The position numbers were made by a program, and so were the translations under genes. Shown piece after piece: positions 61,345 to 64,000 of a stretch of DNA of 64,000 nt. The DNA is from Vicugna vicugna (Eukaryota): positions 1,175,590 through 1,239,589 of the forward strand of contig MU058879.1 in NCBI GenBank assembly GCA_013265495.1. The letters are read 5' to 3'. Each line of letters opens with the position of its first letter. Position 1 is the stretch's first letter. Below the pieces are notes generated by a model. It saw only the letters and a program-made list of their open reading frames with translations. It ran no database searches and had not been told where the DNA came from.

Positions 61345-61470
61345 GAATGGAAGCCCGAGGAAGGCAGGGAATTTCGTCTCTGTGGTCTACTGCTATACCC
61401 CCAGTGCTTGAGAGCCCTGCCTAGTACAGAGCAAGCACTCAATAAATAATCTGTTGAGTAAATGAATGAG
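61345..61470 (+). mobile_element. L2a 3' end
   Basis: gaatggaagcccgaggaaggcagggaattt...ccagtgcttgagagccctgcctagtacagagcaagcactcaataaataatctgttgagtaaatgaatga. Confidence 0.8.
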
Positions 61471-62001
61471 AAAATATTTGCTGGCTTGAGTTAAAGTGAA
61501 TTTGATTTGACAGAATGAAATGGCAACTGTTTTCATCTCTAGGAGAGGATCCAGTGAAGTGGGCTGAAGGTGAAGTCCAATCCTTGAGATGCTCTCTGTG
61601 TGCCCCCCTCACCCCTCAGAATGGCTCTCTCACCCTCTCTGCCTCTCTACTTTTCTCCCATTCTCCTCACCCCAACATGTTTAATTTTGTTCTATGACTG
61701 CTCGAAGCCCTTGCCCTGGAACTGACCTAGGTCTCCTTATCCCTGCTCCCCAAGTTCCTTCCATCCCTGTCTCCTTCCATTCACCAATTCCCCATCCACA
61801 CTTTCTGCAGAGCAAAGCTGAGAAATCACACCCATACGTTGTACGGAGAGTGTAGCTGTTTCTGCATTTTTGTGTCCTGTGTCTTGAATGTCCTCCCTTC
61901 CAGGACCCCAAGTCCCCTTCCCCAGACCTCCGATAGTACACTCGCCACTGCCACTTCCCCTTGTCATTTGCTACTTACCACCTATCTTACTGGAAGGATG
62001 T

Positions 62002-62526
62002 TGCGTTAGTCAGGGCTCTCCAGAGGAACAGAACCAACAAGATGTATATATGGAAAGAGAATTTATTATAAGGAATTGGCGCACATGGTTATGACAGCTG
62101 AGAAGTCCTGAGATCCACACTCAGTAAGTTAGGGACTGGGGAGCACTAATGGTGTGGCTCCAGTCAGAAGGCTGGCAGGCGTGAGACCCAGGAAGAGCTG
62201 ATGTCTCACTTTGTACAGGAAGGCAGGCAAAAGCTGATGTCCCAGTACAAAGGAGTCCAGGCAGGAGGGATTCTGTCTCACAGCAGGGGACGGTCAGACT
62301 TTTTGTTCTCTTCATACCTTCGACTGATTGAATAAGGCCCACCCACACGGGAGTGGACAATCCATTTTACTCAGTCTTATGATTAGTGCTAGTCTCATTC
62401 AAAAACACTGTCACAGACACACGCACAATAATGGGGTATTTTTTGTTACAGGACAATAATTCCAATAACCCAATATGTGAGTACCCCGTGGTCCAATCAA
62501 GTTAACACATAAAACTAACCATCACA
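62002..62526 (-). mobile_element. ERVL solo LTR (MLT2 family)
   Basis: ttagtcagggctctccagaggaacagaaccaa...atttattataaggaattggcgcacatgg...aggcccacccacac...caagttaacacataaaactaaccatcaca. Confidence 0.88.
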
Positions 62527-64000
62527 GGTATAAACTTGTCACCTAAGTCACCTACTAAACCTAAAATAAGCTCCTCTGAGGCAGCTACTTTCTTTCTGTC
62601 TTCTAGAACTGAAAGGTGGCATGCCCAAAGCAAGTGCTGTGAAAGGGAAGATGGTTGCCACCACCACCTCCACCTTGTCTTGCTTCCCAAGTCTGAAGTG
62701 TCAGAACTGGCTTGGTTCAGGACAGCACCCTCCCTGAGATGAGCCCCCTGATGCCCAAAGGACTGCTGGGAGCCACACCTCCTTGTCTCACCTTTGCTCA
62801 CCTTCCAACCATCCTTAGAAACATTGACTTTGTGCCTAAACCACATTCACCCTTTTCCTTTGTGTCACTTACCATGGCTGTCTCATGGCCAGGCAGCTCA
62901 GTCACCCATGTTCATATTGTTCAATGTGTCCAATAATCCTCTTTGTAAGCTGTATTTACTGAACGCTCTGATCAAGTTGGAAGACATGAGACGAATAACC
63001 AGAAGACTTGAGTTTGAATGCTGGCTAAAAATAAGCTAATGAACAAAACAGCTAAATTCACTGAGTCCCAGTTTTCTGATAGCTTCCCTTATCTACCTTG
63101 CAGCAGCAATGTGAACATCAATGAAACAAGGGCCAATCTGGGTAACGGAAGTACTTTGTAAAGGATGAGGTGCTATTCCAAATATAACGCATTGTGCCGT
63201 GATTTTCTGTCTTCACAATTTGTTGTTTATATAAGCTTCCACTCATTACTTAAAAACAAAGAAAAAAAAAACTTGAGAAAGACTCTGAAAGATAGGAGCT
63301 TCAAATAAACTCGACTATAAAGCCCCAGAAATAAAAAAAGGAGGGAAAGAAATATACCCAAACTCTGGGAAATGCAAAAATCAAAGAGCAGACATTGCTG
63401 TGTGGTAGCTGCTACTAATAGAAAGTGCATTGTCCTTGGAGGAGGCATTCCGTTCACCATCGCAGGACAGAGATACTGTACTTTAGGAAAGGCCTTCATT
63501 TATCATCAAAATGATATCGGGTATCATGCAGACCAGCTGTGAGGCTCTCCAAGGGTGAAAGAGACAGGACAAATTGTGTCCAAGTGTCGAGGGGAAGGGG
63601 GGTCACAACTCCTAGTGCAGTCGTGTAAGCCACTGGGCAGCAACGATGAAACGGCCCCGCCTGGAATGCCGGCAAAGCACAGGTGGGGTCATGTCAGAGG
63701 CACATACAGGGAGAACTCATATCTCTGCTTTATAATGGATGTTCTCTTGTGCTCAAAAAGCTTTGGTGAATTATGAAAGACATTTATCAGACATTAGAAA
63801 AATTCCACCGTTGGAAAAAATTTACCATCATTTATCAGAGGCTTGAAGCTACAATGTATTTTTCATTATGTGATATGGAAACACATGTGCGATGAGTGGG
63901 TGGGTATCTCGTTCAACACCAAACCCACACTGCCCGGCAAGTAATTGGATTCAGCCGAATACAGGACAGTGCACTCCAGGTCATTCTCTGAGCATCTTAA

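Noticed and set aside
1-64000. CRISPR arrays, prokaryotic operons, rRNA, processed pseudogenes, endogenous viral coding sequence
   Set aside because: No repeat-spacer arrays or recognisable coding homology; the LTRs present are solo LTRs.

Overview
This is mammalian nuclear DNA, most likely from a camelid (alpaca, llama or camel). That call rests on three tRNA-derived SINEs resembling the camelid Vic-1 family and on cetartiodactyl-type L1 3' tails. I can support no protein-coding exon, RNA gene, CRISPR array or viral gene. The only ORF with recognisable homology is a decayed L1 ORF2 endonuclease fragment (58131-58337). The window looks like a large intron or gene desert. It is a mosaic of old and young repeats (L1, HAL1-like, L2, MIR, MaLR/ERVL LTRs, MER5-type DNA transposons, Vic-1-like SINEs) around repeat-poor, motif-rich unique blocks at about 4.3-7.0, 7.9-9.6, 17.6-19.1, 25.3-33.9, 38.6-41.4 and 47-54.8 kb. 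Ten N-runs (132-332 nt, 1,943 nt in total) all fall in unique sequence. They look more like masked high-conservation elements than ordinary gaps, which would suggest a developmental-gene regulatory landscape (inference only). The best sequence-level oddities are a perfect 26-bp palindrome, a doubly used L1 insertion site with three copies of the target sequence, a canonical-looking 22-nt micro-exon, and a rearranged L1 with a micro-inversion. Repeat family names come from remembered consensus sequences, and repeat boundaries are approximate (tens of bp) unless a TSD is given. I found no convincing evidence of a wholly new biological system.
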